Made by a program: the position numbers and the translations under genes
Part shown: positions 1 through 10,887 of the stretch, one piece after another
How the letters are laid out: each line of letters opens with the position of its first letter
Position numbering within the stretch: position 1 is the first letter of the stretch
The notes under the pieces: generated by a model
Told to the model about the DNA's origin: nothing
Seen by the model: only the letters and a program-made list of their open reading frames with translations
The model's database searches: none
Assembly (NCBI GenBank): GCA_052327205.1
Contig: CM126224.1
Span: 28,892,001-28,956,000, forward strand
Source of the DNA: Somniosus microcephalus
Taxonomy: Eukaryota
DNA length: 64,000 nt
Direction of reading: 5' to 3'

Positions 1-530
1 CCAACCTGTCCAAATCATCTTGTAGTTTCTCGGCATCCTCCTCACAGCACACACGCCCACCCAGCTTTGTGTCGTCTGCAAATTTGGAGATAATACATCT
101 AGTTCCCTTGTCTAGATCATTAATATATATTGTGAATAGCTAGGGTCCAAGGACCGATCCCTGCTGTACCCCACTAGTCACTGCCTGCCACTCGGAAAAA
201 GACCCGTTTATTCCAACTCTTTGCTTTCTGTCTGCCAACCAGTTCTCTATCCAAGTCAGTACCTTGCCCCCAATCCCATGTGCCTTAACTTTACACGCTA
301 ATCTCTTATGCGGGACCTTATTGAAAGCCTTCTGAAAGTCCAAATACACCACATCCACTGGTTCTCCCTTATCTATTTTACCAGTTACATCTTCAAAAAA
401 TTCCAGTAGATTAGTCAAGTATGATTTACCTTTTGTAAATCCATGTTGACTTTGTCCGATCCTGTCACTGTTTTCCAAGTGCTCTGCTATTACATCTTTT
501 ATAATGGACTCTAGCATTTTCCCCACTACC
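1..530 (-). mobile_element. CR1 (HER1-like) LINE ORF2 reverse-transcriptase fragment, runs off the window edge
   Basis: ORF 140..526 has CR1 RT motifs QHGFTKGKSYLTNLLEFFE, DVVYLDFQKAF, WIENWLADRKQRV and TSGVQQGSVLGP, then a stop. Confidence 0.93.
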
Positions 531-534
531 TACT

Positions 535-1110
535 ACATATCCTTTCTCAGATAAGGAGACCAAAACTGTGCACAGTACTCCAGGTGTGGTCTCTCCAAAG
601 CCCTGTACAATTGTAGTAAGACTTCCTTACTCTTGTACGTCAACCCTTCAGTAATAGAGGCTAACTTGCCATTTGCCTTTCTAATTGCTTGCTGCATACT
701 AATTTTCTGTGTTTCTTGTACGAGGACACCAAATCTCTCTGAACACCAACATTTATTAGTTTCTCACCATTTAAAAAATATTCTGTTTTTCTATTCTCCC
801 AACCAAAGCGAATAACCTCACATTTCCCCACATTATACACCATCTGCCCACCTTATTCTGCACTCACTTAACCTGTCTATATCCCTTTGCAGGCTCTTTA
901 TGTCCTCCTCACAGCTTACTTTCCCACCTAGCCTTGTATCGTCAGAAAACTTGGATACATTGCATTCAGTCCCTTCATGTAAGTCATTAATATAGATTGT
1001 AACTAGCTGAGTCCCAAGCACTGATCCTTGCAGCACCCCACTAGTTACAGCCCGCCAACCGACCCGTTTATCTCTACTCTCTGTTTTCTGTTCGTTAACC
1101 AATCCAATAG
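535..1110 (-). mobile_element. Second CR1 LINE RT fragment, degenerate
   Basis: ORFs 833..1132 and 661..843: VTSGVLQGSVLG, YINDL, SKFSDDTRLGG, LQRDIDRL, NVGKCEVIRFG; frameshifted. Confidence 0.9.
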
Positions 1111-1349
1111 AAGACACCAAGTAAGCTTTCAAAAGTACTAAAAAAAATAAATCTGATTTCTACCACAAACATGGCTCCAGCACATGGTTTAGTTTAATGT
1201 GTTTGAAGACGGATGGACATATTTTCAGGCCAGAAGAAGCCCTGTCCAGGATTTCAAAGGCCCAGAAAGGATCTACAGCAAGTACATTGTTGTTGGGGCG
1301 GGGGTGACGGTGGCGACGGTGCTGGGGGAGCAGCTCCCTGCTACATCTA

Positions 1350-1583
1350 ATAGAAAATGATGGATACCCTCTGTAGGTCCAGCAGCATCTGTGGAGAGAA
1401 CAAACAAGCTAACGTTCAAGTGTGCGCACTCTTCTTCAGCACTGCCAGTTCGAATAAAGAGTACCCATACTCAAAACATGAACTTATTTGATCTCTGCAC
1501 AGATACTGCCTGACGTGCTGATCATTTCCAGCATTTTCTGCCATATTTTCAGATTTCCACCATCTGCAATATTTTGCTTTTTG
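1350..1583. mobile_element. Two decayed Penelope pseudo-LTR fragments in inverted arrangement
   Basis: Left arm agaaaatg...cagcatctgtggagaga...aacgtt...cttcttcagcactg is the imperfect reverse complement of right arm cagttc...tctctgcacagatactgcctgac...ccagcattttctg. Both resemble the Penelope 3' terminus at 9620-9725. Confidence 0.75.
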
Positions 1584-4500
1584 TCCCTATTGCGTCTGTC
1601 TCCTTTGCACTACCATAGGTTATAGGTGGCAACTCCAGTTTGGGACAGTTCAGCACAGTAAATTTTTAGCGCTGCTGTGCTATAAATGAGTGGGTCTCAA
1701 CATTTAGATCTTAAGCCCACTTTGGTACAATCCTGTTTGTATGTGGTGTGGACATCAGGTGAGGATAGGATGAGTTTGATTCCCATTTTCTTCACCCCCC
1801 CCACCCCCTCTCAAAGTATTGCCAGTCAACAGTTACTGTCTAGTGGCTGGAGGGCTGCAGAGCTGTGGAACTGTACCCAAGTAACAGTCACCACTTTTAG
1901 CAGAGGAGGAAGGTAAAGCGAGAGTATTTGGAAGAAAAATTATGATCACACCCCTGGTTATTAGAACTGAAGTTTGTTCTGTGAACTGGATGTAACTGTT
2001 ATATACGGTTTTGTGATGGAAGATGTGTGTATTCAAAGAGGGCACCATTGATATTTGCTCAGTTACTTGCAATGAATACTTTCTTTGTGCAAATGGTAAT
2101 GAGGCTATTAGGAACATGTTCACCTGAAGTGCAGCATTGTGCAGTAGAGGTAATTAAACACCCCCAGAGCTAAACACAAGGGTTTGGCAAGGTTAAGTGA
2201 TGAATAATCTAATGCACAGGTGGTATAGCCTTTTTGGAGCAGAAACAGCTTTAGACAGATGCAGCTATCTTCAAAAGGACCTAAATGTCAGATGGATCAG
2301 TAGCACTATTTCTGCAGTGCGGATTTTTTTGGATCCAGAAAACTATCGCTACTATGGAAAGCTAGTCTAGAAACAGCAGGGTGTGTCTAGTATTCAATTT
2401 AAAATGTTTATGGAAGTAAAATAAATTGTACAATATTGATCAAAAATATGATAGAAGTCAAGAGAGAATGCATTGTATACTGAGGGATACTGTTTTACTA
2501 CTGTGTTGTAACATTGGTTAGAAATACTATTTTTAACAATTTTTATTTCCTTGGAGGGGAGACAGATATTGTTCTGGACTGTCCTGAAGGTTATAATGGA
2601 ATGGTCAGATATTCACTGTGACTAATTACTCAAGCAGGCATTTATAATGTGGAACGGTGTTGTATTCCTTCAGATCATCTGAATCCCATGACAGATGAGT
2701 AGTAAGTCTCAAGATGGAATAAAAACCCATGTAAAATAAGTTACAGTAGAGCTGATAATATATGGCTAAAGCTAAGTAATTAAGAACCTGGTGCCAAATA
2801 CATCTACCGATCAGAACATTCTCCTTAAACCTGAAGTTCAGAAAGCAAAGATTAAAATAATGAAACACGAACAATAAACTTTGACCATATTTATACATTT
2901 TCTGCATGTCAGTATAGCACTGTAGATTCTGACGGTAACCATTGCCTAAAGTTGTTCATAGCCCCACCAATTTTCCTACATTGTGTTACAGTCCTGAGAT
3001 TTAGAGCCCATCATTTTTTATACCTCGTCATCTCCATTCTTGTTTCCTTTTTCAGTTACTTTAAAAAAAAAAATTAAAAAAAATTATTCCACTATTTGAT
3101 TACTGGGAGGAAAACTTACTTTTGCCAAAAAGAAATCCATTGTTTATGTTGTAGATTTTTCTTTTCACCACAATGCATTGTGATCTCTGTTGTTATTTCA
3201 AATTCACTGCACTGTTATAACACGGCCCTGTTGACAAAGAATGGGAGTCTCCCAGCAGGAAAATTGCAGCTAGTGTCAGGAAAATTGCAGCTAGCCTCAG
3301 GCAAGGTGGCGTTTGCAGGCACACTCATGCTTCCACTGTTTTGAAGGAGAGATGAAAGTACTGCCATAAGGCTCGCCACCACTATTTCACTTGACATTTT
3401 TTTGAGCTACATTGGCTATAGGGAATGAGAAATGCTGCATGCAAAATAATCATATATTACTCACTGGACAGATTGCAACATGATCTTGGTTCTAAACTCA
3501 GTCCTGATCAGTGCATTCATTTCTAAGGCATCGCATGCTTCTTATGATAATTTGCTCCTGACCTAATGTCCTTTATTACTTTTATTTGCCAATAGTTTTA
3601 CGTCTTCTACCCTGTGTGTGTAGCTTATTTCAAAGTGTTCAAATCTGTTCTTCCAGTGACTATAACAAGTACTGTAATAACCCCATTAACCTTACAAGGC
3701 AGCTGTGCTACAATCTAAGACGAGTGTCTGCTGAGAACAAGGCAGAGCCAGCAGATCCAAGTTCTGCTGCCTGCTTCTTGAAGTTGCTCACTGGCCGTTG
3801 ACTAACTGGACCTTTTTAAATATACCTTCACTCCAATTGCGGTTATGTTGCAGTGAAGCTGTAGCAAAGTGAAACTACTTTTCACCACTTGTCTAAATTT
3901 GATTCAGACAATTTCAGTGCCAAGTTACACAACATGGTTTGCATCAAGCCAAAACTGTTTTGCATCAATGCAAATTTGTAATACTACTGGTGTGTAAGTA
4001 AACTGTTACTGACTTTTCCCATTCATGCAGATGACAGTTCCTGCCAGATAGACTTTATAGTTAGTTATGTATCTATTACAGCTAAGGCATCATCATCTGA
4101 CTTCATTCTAGACCTATTCCAGTCTGTCAAGCAATTGAACTACATCTGTAAAGCGTATGAAATGCCACCAGTCTCCCACACAGTTTTAATTTATCTAGCA
4201 GCTGCTTTTGCCTGCTGACTTTAATGCTCTGAATTGTGGTCCATATGTAAGACACTCACAGCTTTCGTGAAATGTCATTTTTCAAATTCTCTAGCATTTG
4301 AATCCTTTCCACTATCTTCATAATGACCTTTATTACTTACTATTTATTTGTTTGCAGTCAATTCAAGTTTCTAACCTCCTATTTTACAATTCTTTCACCT
4401 TTCTCTACGTATAGTATATGACTTAAGCATCTTAATACAAACCGATATAATTGGACTACTGTCAGGAACAATAGATGGTTTTCAAATTCACTGAACCAGT

Positions 4501-5364
4501 TTTCTCATTTACAGACTTATTTAGAGCACTTGCTTGGATTTGTGTGATTTCCTTCCAGTCTTCAGGAACATGTTTTACAAATTGTGCTGAAGCCTGTAAG
4601 AGTCGGGCTGCTTTTTGTTCTATAGTTTTATGCCCACCCTTAATATTTTCCAAAGATGTGTGATTTATGCAAAGTTGTGGTGTAACATTTTACTTCTGTT
4701 GAAGCGAAGCTTTTCCTATAATCAGTAGCTCCAAATGATGCTTTCTTTTAGGACACAACTTTGCTTCATGAAGCTTTGCCGTAACTTTAAGTGATGGTCT
4801 GTGAAAGACGCTGTAACTTCTCCAGAAAATTTGTCAGATCAAGATGGACAATGCAAAAGATTCCAAATGGAGAAAGCGCAGGTTGGCAATATGTTTTCCT
4901 TCTCCATGCCTTCTCGCATTCCTGTGTGGAGAAATTGGCCAAGAAACATTTGGAGAATGTATGTCAATACAGGTCTTCCTTGATGTCCAAATCTGCTGCA
5001 TTGTTGCTGATGCGGTCAGCTTCTGGTAATTGCAACCACAAAACTAAGTAATTTGAGGAAGAAACTGACCTTAACAGGTTGATTTTGCGATTGCCCCCTA
5101 GCATACATACAGGCTGTCTTAGTTTGGCAACAAGGAAGGAAATTGCTGTTAACACTTCATGATAATTTAGCAAAATTCTCTGAAAGGTGTACCTTGCTTC
5201 CCAATGTCAATACTCGTGACTGTTCATCCAAGATACTACTATTGTCAAGTTAGAGGAATCTATGTGTTCTGGGAATATCTTGGATGAAGTTTTCACTGGA
5301 CACTGCATGTAATGCTCTAACAATTTCCTTAGGAGGTTGGCATTGCCTCTGTTAAGATACCATA

Positions 5365-5705
5365 TATCCACCAAATTATTATCCTTTGACTTGATAAGGT
5401 AAATAGAGACGAACTATTTCCACTGGCCCATGCGTTGGTAACTGGAGAATATAAATTTAAGATCATCATGAAAGAATGAAGGAAAATGTTTTTTTTAATG
5501 CAGAGGCCTATTAGGATATGAAACACCCTACCAGAAACAATGGTGGAAGCAGAATCCAGAACTACTTTTTAAAAGGAAGGTGGATAAATATTGAAAAAGA
5601 AAAAATTAAAAGGGTGTGGGGAAAGAACAGTGAAACGAATGAGGTGAAGTGAATCGCTCTTTCAGAGTGCAGGCACTCCTGTGCTGTAAAATGTTACGCT
5701 TCTAT
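5365..5705 (+). mobile_element. Old CR1 3' end (ORF2 C-terminus and 3'UTR)
   Basis: gataaggtaaatagagacgaactatttcc ... aaaaggaaggtggataaata ... ctcctgtgctgtaa resembles the other CR1 3' ends in the window. Confidence 0.75.
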
Positions 5706-6686
5706 CATCGCCTCTGGCTGAATGTCTTAGGAAGCAAAAGGATTAGAAAAATCATGAAAATCTGAGTCTTGAGTGCAGCAAGACCCTTTTAAAGAGGAGG
5801 AAATGCTTGTATTGCAGACTCTCTCATGTGTCCTGGTGTCGGTGTTACTCTAAAACACAAATGATACCAGAGCAGTGCTGTTTCAACCAGTTTATTGCCC
5901 AGATGTGACACAGTTTTGGTGAATACACTCCTGCTAGCCTTGAATGGCAGACCACTTCAGTTTTGGACTTATTGGAACTTCACATCTCCATGGGATATTC
6001 TAGTTCTATTTTACATCCTTTGTCACATGCCAGAAATTTAATTTAGAAAGAATTGCGTCATTTTTTTCACCCCAGCCAGAATGGAGAAACTCTTTTCAGT
6101 TATGGTATGTGGCAAGTAAGCCCTTCTGACTTCCCATTTGTTGACACATCTACTGTAAAGACAAAATACTTGGGCCCATATTTTCCGATGCCTATGGGTG
6201 TGTACGAGCTGTGTACACACCCGTAGGGACATTGGAAATGCCGGTTTCAGGCATGCGAAGCGCATGCGCTGAAAATCGGCATTTCCGATCTGTCAAGAAT
6301 GCTCTTGACAGATCGGACGCCTGCCCTGGAGAAGGGCCTCTGTAGGGGGGAGAGTTCCGCTTTCTGCAGAACCACCGCCCACTGAGAACCCTTAGAAATC
6401 TTACGCCTGGTAAAAGCAGACAAAAAGGCCTGATTTTACCAGCATAAGAGTTGAAAAAAGTTTTTTATTAAATGTTTCACTCATTTATAATTTTAAAATA
6501 CTTTTTAAAAAAAAAGTACGTTTATTTTTAGCCCCGTTAAAAAAAACTTAAATTTTTTTCAAAAAATTAAATTTTTGTTTAAAATATTGAATTTAATGTA
6601 ATTTTAAATCATTTTAAAAACGTGATGGTTTTTTAAAAATGTTTTTAATGTTTTAGTGTCTTTTTGGGCTGACCTCCATTCATATA

Positions 6687-6984
6687 CAGGAAATTCTCTT
6701 TTTACCGGCACCTAAATAACCGGAAATCTCTTTTAACCGGAAAAGTTCAGGAGTAGGTTCAGGTAAGTTTTACTTCATATTAGTGGCCGTGTAACCGGGG
6801 TTCCTGGATCTGTGGCCGTGTAACCGGGGTTCCTGCACCTGTTGCCATGCAACAGGGACGCCTGGATCTGTGGCCGTGTACGGGGCTCTCGTACCTTAGT
6901 AAGTATACCTCTCTGTAATCCGGACTTTTTGATCAACCGGCACCACGCCGGTCCCGACGGTGCCGGATAAAAAAGAGTTTCCTG
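6687..6984. mobile_element. Tc1/mariner/pogo-type MITE with TA TSD
   Basis: TIRs CAGGAAATTCTCTTTTTACCGGCACC and GGTGCCGGATAAAAAAGAGTTTCCTG; TA at 6685-6686 and 6985-6986. Confidence 0.9.
6783..6890. repeat. About 29-bp minisatellite (~4 imperfect copies) inside the TA-MITE
   Basis: Unit gtggccgtgtaaccggggttcctggatct repeated with variation. Confidence 0.85.
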
Positions 6985-7009
6985 TATTTGACAGGTCTAT
7001 CTGTCACAC

Positions 7010-7160
7010 TACAAACAGCAAAGGACCCAGCACCGATCCCTGCGGTACACCACTGGACAAAGGCTTCCAGTCACAAAAACAACCTTCGACCATCACCCTC
7101 TGCCTCCTGCCACTAAGCCAATTTTGGATCCAATGTGCCAAATTGCCCTGGATCCCAGAG
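7010..7160 (-). mobile_element. CR1 RT fragment
   Basis: ORF 7004..7210: WIQNWLSGRRQRVMVEG...SGVPQGSVLGPLLF. Confidence 0.88.
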
Positions 7161-7195
7161 TTTTTAATACTGGTTGTGCCATTGATCACTATATT

Positions 7196-7745
7196 AACAA
7201 CAACTTGCATTTATATAGCACCTTTAACATTGTAAAATGGCCCAAGGTGCTTCACAGAAGCCTTATCAAATAAAATTTGACACCGACCCGCATAATGAGA
7301 TATTAGGAGTGACTAAAAACTTTGACAAAGAGGTGGGTTTTAAGGAGTGTCTTAAAGGACAAGGGAGAGATAGAGAGGTTTAGGGAGGGGCTTCCAGAAC
7401 AGGGCCTAGGCAGCTGAAGGCACGACCACCAGTGATGTGGCGATGGAAATCAGGGATGTGCAAGAGGCCGGAATTGGAGGAGCGCAGAGATCTCGGAGGC
7501 TTGGACATCTGGAGGAGGTTACGGAGATAGGGTGGGCGAGGTCATGGAAGGATTTGAACACGAGGATGAGAATTTTAAATTTGAGGCGTTGCCAGACCAG
7601 AAGCCAAAGTGGATCAGCGAGCAACAGGGGTGATGGGTGAACGGGGCTTTGAGAGAATTAAGACATAGGCAGCAGAGTTTTTAAGTTTATGGAAGGTGGC
7701 AGGCTGGCCAAGAGAGCACTAGAATAGTCAAGTCTAGCGGTCGTC
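7196..7745 (-). mobile_element. L2 LINE 3' end
   Basis: ORF 7406..7624 LWLLVWQRLKFKILILVFKSFH; L2 tail aacaacaacttgcatttatatagc is the reverse complement of the 16380-16420 tail. Confidence 0.88.
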
Positions 7746-7765
7746 ACTATATTAATAAAAAAAAA

Positions 7766-8125
7766 TAGACTTGCATTTATGTAGCGCCTTTCACGACCAC
7801 CGGACATCCCAAAGCGCTTTGCAGCCAATTAAGTACTTTTGGAGTGTAGTCACTGTTGTAATGTGGGAAACGTGGCAGCCAGTTTGCGCACAGCAAGCTC
7901 CCACAAACAGCAATGTGATAATGACCAGATAATCTGTTTTTGTTATGTTAGTTGAGGGATAAATATTGGCCAGGACACCGGGGATAACTCCCCTGCTCTT
8001 CTTTGAAATAGTACCATGGGATCTTTTACGCCCACCTGGAAGAGCAGACGGGGCCTCGGTTTAACGTCTCATCCGAAAGAGTGCAGCACTCCCAAAACAC
8101 TGCACTGAAGTGTCAGCCTAGCTTT
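7766..8125 (-). mobile_element. Deu-domain SINE (SacSINE1/AmnSINE1-related), 5' truncated
   Basis: Reverse-complement match to the full copy at 51897-52509 (aaagatcccatgg..., tggccaatatttatccctca, L2-type tail). Confidence 0.88.
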
Positions 8126-8989
8126 GTGTTTATAGTATAATCATCGAACCTTTTGAAGAGTTCTGGGTTTGCTGATAGATATTTTTAATAGTAGATTAAT
8201 AGTTATTCTCACTGTTATTTATCAATGCATCTAGTTTTATATTACTGTATGCTGGTTGCTCAGCAAGTATGTTTGGTAGCTATGGCTTGAGTTTACTGAA
8301 GCTCCTATTAACTCCAATTCTGTCTTCTCTATCAGAAGCTACGTGACAGTTAATTTTCCCATCGGAATATCCTGTACCTCTGCTTTTCTTTCTCTGTCAT
8401 AAATGCTGTCATTTCAATCATCATCTATCCTAACAACCCCAAGTACATCTCTATTATGTTCTACCTCAATTCTGAACCAGACTACTACATTACAACTTCA
8501 AACCTAATAACAGAAAAGATGTATAATACTTGACACTGTTGCATCTTTTAAAAGCCTTATTACTCCTCAGTTTTCATTGAGTTAGTATTATTTGATCTTG
8601 CACGTTTTTCTTTGGTGTTTCAACACCATCACAAATTGTGCGTCTAATTTCATCTGTGTCAGCTACATCAAATTCTGTTTCCTGCACGAGCTATCTGCTA
8701 AGTACGTTCCTCTCTGTTGGCGTATTTTTTTTAACTTTACAGTACAGATTATTTTCTTCTGGAAGAAGAAACTTGACCTGCCGACCCATAAGATATTTTG
8801 AATAGTTAGTGAATCAGTTACTTTTCACTTGTACCCTTTTGGAAGGAGTGTTTTTCCTGAGAAATGGAGAGTTTGTCACACACGCTGGTTGCCTCAGTTA
8901 ACTATCAGCATCCACCCATAGTTACTCGGATGCAATAGTCATACCTATGTGAAACCGCTGCTGTACTACTGGACTGTTGTGCAGTCAAA

Positions 8990-9075
8990 AGGTCAGCTTT
9001 TGATTTGTCATCATTTGCGCCAACATGAATCACTACCACTGGATTCTTTCCATTCACTTTAATAGCGTTCTCTGT
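8990..9075 (-). mobile_element. Remnant of a CR1 ORF1 SGNH-esterase domain
   Basis: Peptide GKNPVVVIHVGAND resembles the PVVVVHVGTND block of CR1 ORF1 esterases; short match only. Confidence 0.55.
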
Positions 9076-9177
9076 GACGTAGATTGGTTTTGTGTGTTTC
9101 CCCAAGAGAAACAAAGGACTGCCACTTAGATTTTTTTCTGCCTAATGAACCTTAATATCTGCCTACTAAACCTTATT

Positions 9178-9725
9178 AGTGGTCTCCTCTACATTGGGGA
9201 GATCAAACGCAGATTGGGTGACCGCTTTGAGGAACACCTCCGTTCAGTCTGTAAGGGTGACCCCGAGCTTCCGGTCGCCTGTCACTTTAATTCTCCGCTC
9301 CACTCCCACTCTGACCTCACTGTCCTCGGCCTCTTGCGCTGTTCCAATGAAGCTCAACGTAAGCTCGAGGAACAGCACCTCCTCTTTCGATTAGGCACTT
9401 TACAGCCTTCTGGACTCAACATTGAGTTCAACAATTTCAGACCCTAACCTCTGCTCTATTTTTTCAGGCAGCAGTTGTTGATGATTCTGCCATCCCCATT
9501 GCAACATTTAATCACTCCTGCCCTCCACCCTATCCCAGACCCTCCCTTTTGTTCTTTCCTCCCCTCCCCCTTTCCCTGCCTCTGCACCTACTTAAAATCT
9601 GTTACATCTCTAACTTTTTCCAGTTCTGACGTAGGGTCAAAGACCTGAAACGTTAACTCTGTTTCTCTCTCCATGGATGCTGCCTGACCTGCTGCGAGTT
9701 TCCATCATTTTCTGTTGTTATTTTA
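9178..9725 (+). mobile_element. Penelope-like element 3' end: GIY-YIG endonuclease plus pseudo-LTR
   Basis: ORF 9145..9447: LLYIGEIKRRLGDRFEEHLRSV...VACHFNS...RKLEEQHLLFRLGTLQPSGLNIEF, typical PLE GIY-YIG C-terminus, followed by the pLTR. Confidence 0.93.
9622..9658 (+). ncRNA. Minimal type-I hammerhead ribozyme motif of the Penelope pLTR, A9U variant, probably inactive
   Basis: AGTT-CTGACGT-AGG(GTCAAAGA)CCT-GAAACGT-T-AACT: helix I AGUU/AACU, helix II AGG/CCU, palindromic ACGU helix III. Confidence 0.75.
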
Positions 9726-10402
9726 AACCTTATTATCTGTTTCACTTGCTATAATAATTGTCTTAGGTTAACTTCAGTTTGTCGTACAAAACTGTAACTT
9801 TGACTGTGAAAACTCTAGATGAACATGTTGGAAATATAAATGCAAGAAGAAGAGTGCTTTTCATAGTGATTCTAAATACATTACCAGAGAAACACACACA
9901 GATTAGGTGGTCACTCAGTCCTTACTTGACCTAGTAACATATGACAAAGTTGAGCGATTCTTGTACTTCAAACTTTTATCTAATGAGTATAGAGTGTTGA
10001 CAAATATCCCTTAATTATAACTAACTATTGTAAATGGTTTCTTAGTTTAATATCAAATGAATTACAATGAATTAACATTGCATCTATGCTACCAATTTTG
10101 GAGTTCAGGTAATGGATATAGTTGAAGGCACGGTAAATGGCTGCTGTGGATATTTATTTGTGGCAGCTCTATTTGGATCACAATAATGTGGTAGCTTGTT
10201 TTGCAGGTGTATTAGGAAAAGCATAGCAATGTAATTACTGGCCCAATTTAAGACCTGGCTACCAGAGCAAACCTTTATCTTGGGCTTGATTAGAGAACAC
10301 TGCATAAGCCAATTCACAGTGCCACTTGATTTTTGAATTACTTTAGATTCTTCAGTATGCTGATGCTTTTTTTTCCTTCCTTATTTTCATTTAAATATGC
10401 AG

Positions 10403-10528
10403 TTGTCAACACTAAAGAACAGACTTAAGAAAGTGTCAACAACTACAGGAGACGGAGTTGCTCGTGCATTTTTAAAGACTCAAGCAGCCCTGTTTGGCAG
10501 CTACAGAAATGCTCTGAAGATTGAACCT
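10403..10528 (+). CDS. DENND1A: Internal coding exon (126 nt, phase 0/0) of DENN domain-containing protein 1A (connecdenn-1, Rab35 GEF)
   Basis: Pyrimidine tract and tgcag acceptor at 10402, gtaagt donor at 10529. Translates LSTLKNRLKKVSTTTGDGVARAFLKTQAALFGSYRNALKIEP. Recalled human DENND1A reads ISSLKNRLKKVSTTTGDGVARAFLKAQAAFFGSYRNALKIEP, closer than DENND1B (KKQSTATG...ALRYKP). Confidence 0.93.
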
Positions 10529-10887
10529 GTAAGTTGAACAAAATTATTGCATTCTTACTGCCATACAAATGATACCTATGTTATTACGACATGCTTAATA
10601 ATGAGCCAGCTCTCCCCAGCCATACTAATCATGCAATGGCCAATCCTTCCAGTATTACATTTTGTGTTGTACACAAATGCATTTTTCATATTCTAGTATT
10701 TGCATGGAAGATCTTATGTAAAATTTGCTTTTAGTAAGAATAGTTTACAGTGTATAAGCAACATTTTTTTATGATATTACATGGGAAACCAGTGTTAAAA
10801 ATTACCCTTCTTATTGTGCAATAGAAAGCTATAGTGAGGTACAAAGAATTAATTAAGTTGCAGTAGCAAAACAAATAACTTATATTT

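Larger units (their letters stand above)
6172..7005. mobile_element. GGGCC-terminal MITE, truncated inverted copy of the 44645-45330 element, with a nested insertion
   Basis: Starts gggcccatattttccgatgcctatgggtgtgtacg, homologous to the reverse complement of the 45330 end. Homology resumes after the nested element (tttgacaggtctatctgtca) and is then cut by a CR1 piece. Confidence 0.85.

Noticed and set aside
2250-2380. LQKDLNVRWISSTISAV, reminiscent of the hAT transposase RW motif
   Set aside because: Too short and surrounded by stops; cannot be supported without a profile search.
3256-3302. 21-bp tandem duplication caggaaaattgcagctag
   Set aside because: Two copies only; an ordinary local duplication with no further structure.
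6783-6890. 29-bp repeats as a CRISPR-like array
   Set aside because: Head-to-tail with no unique spacers, inside a eukaryotic MITE, and no cas genes.
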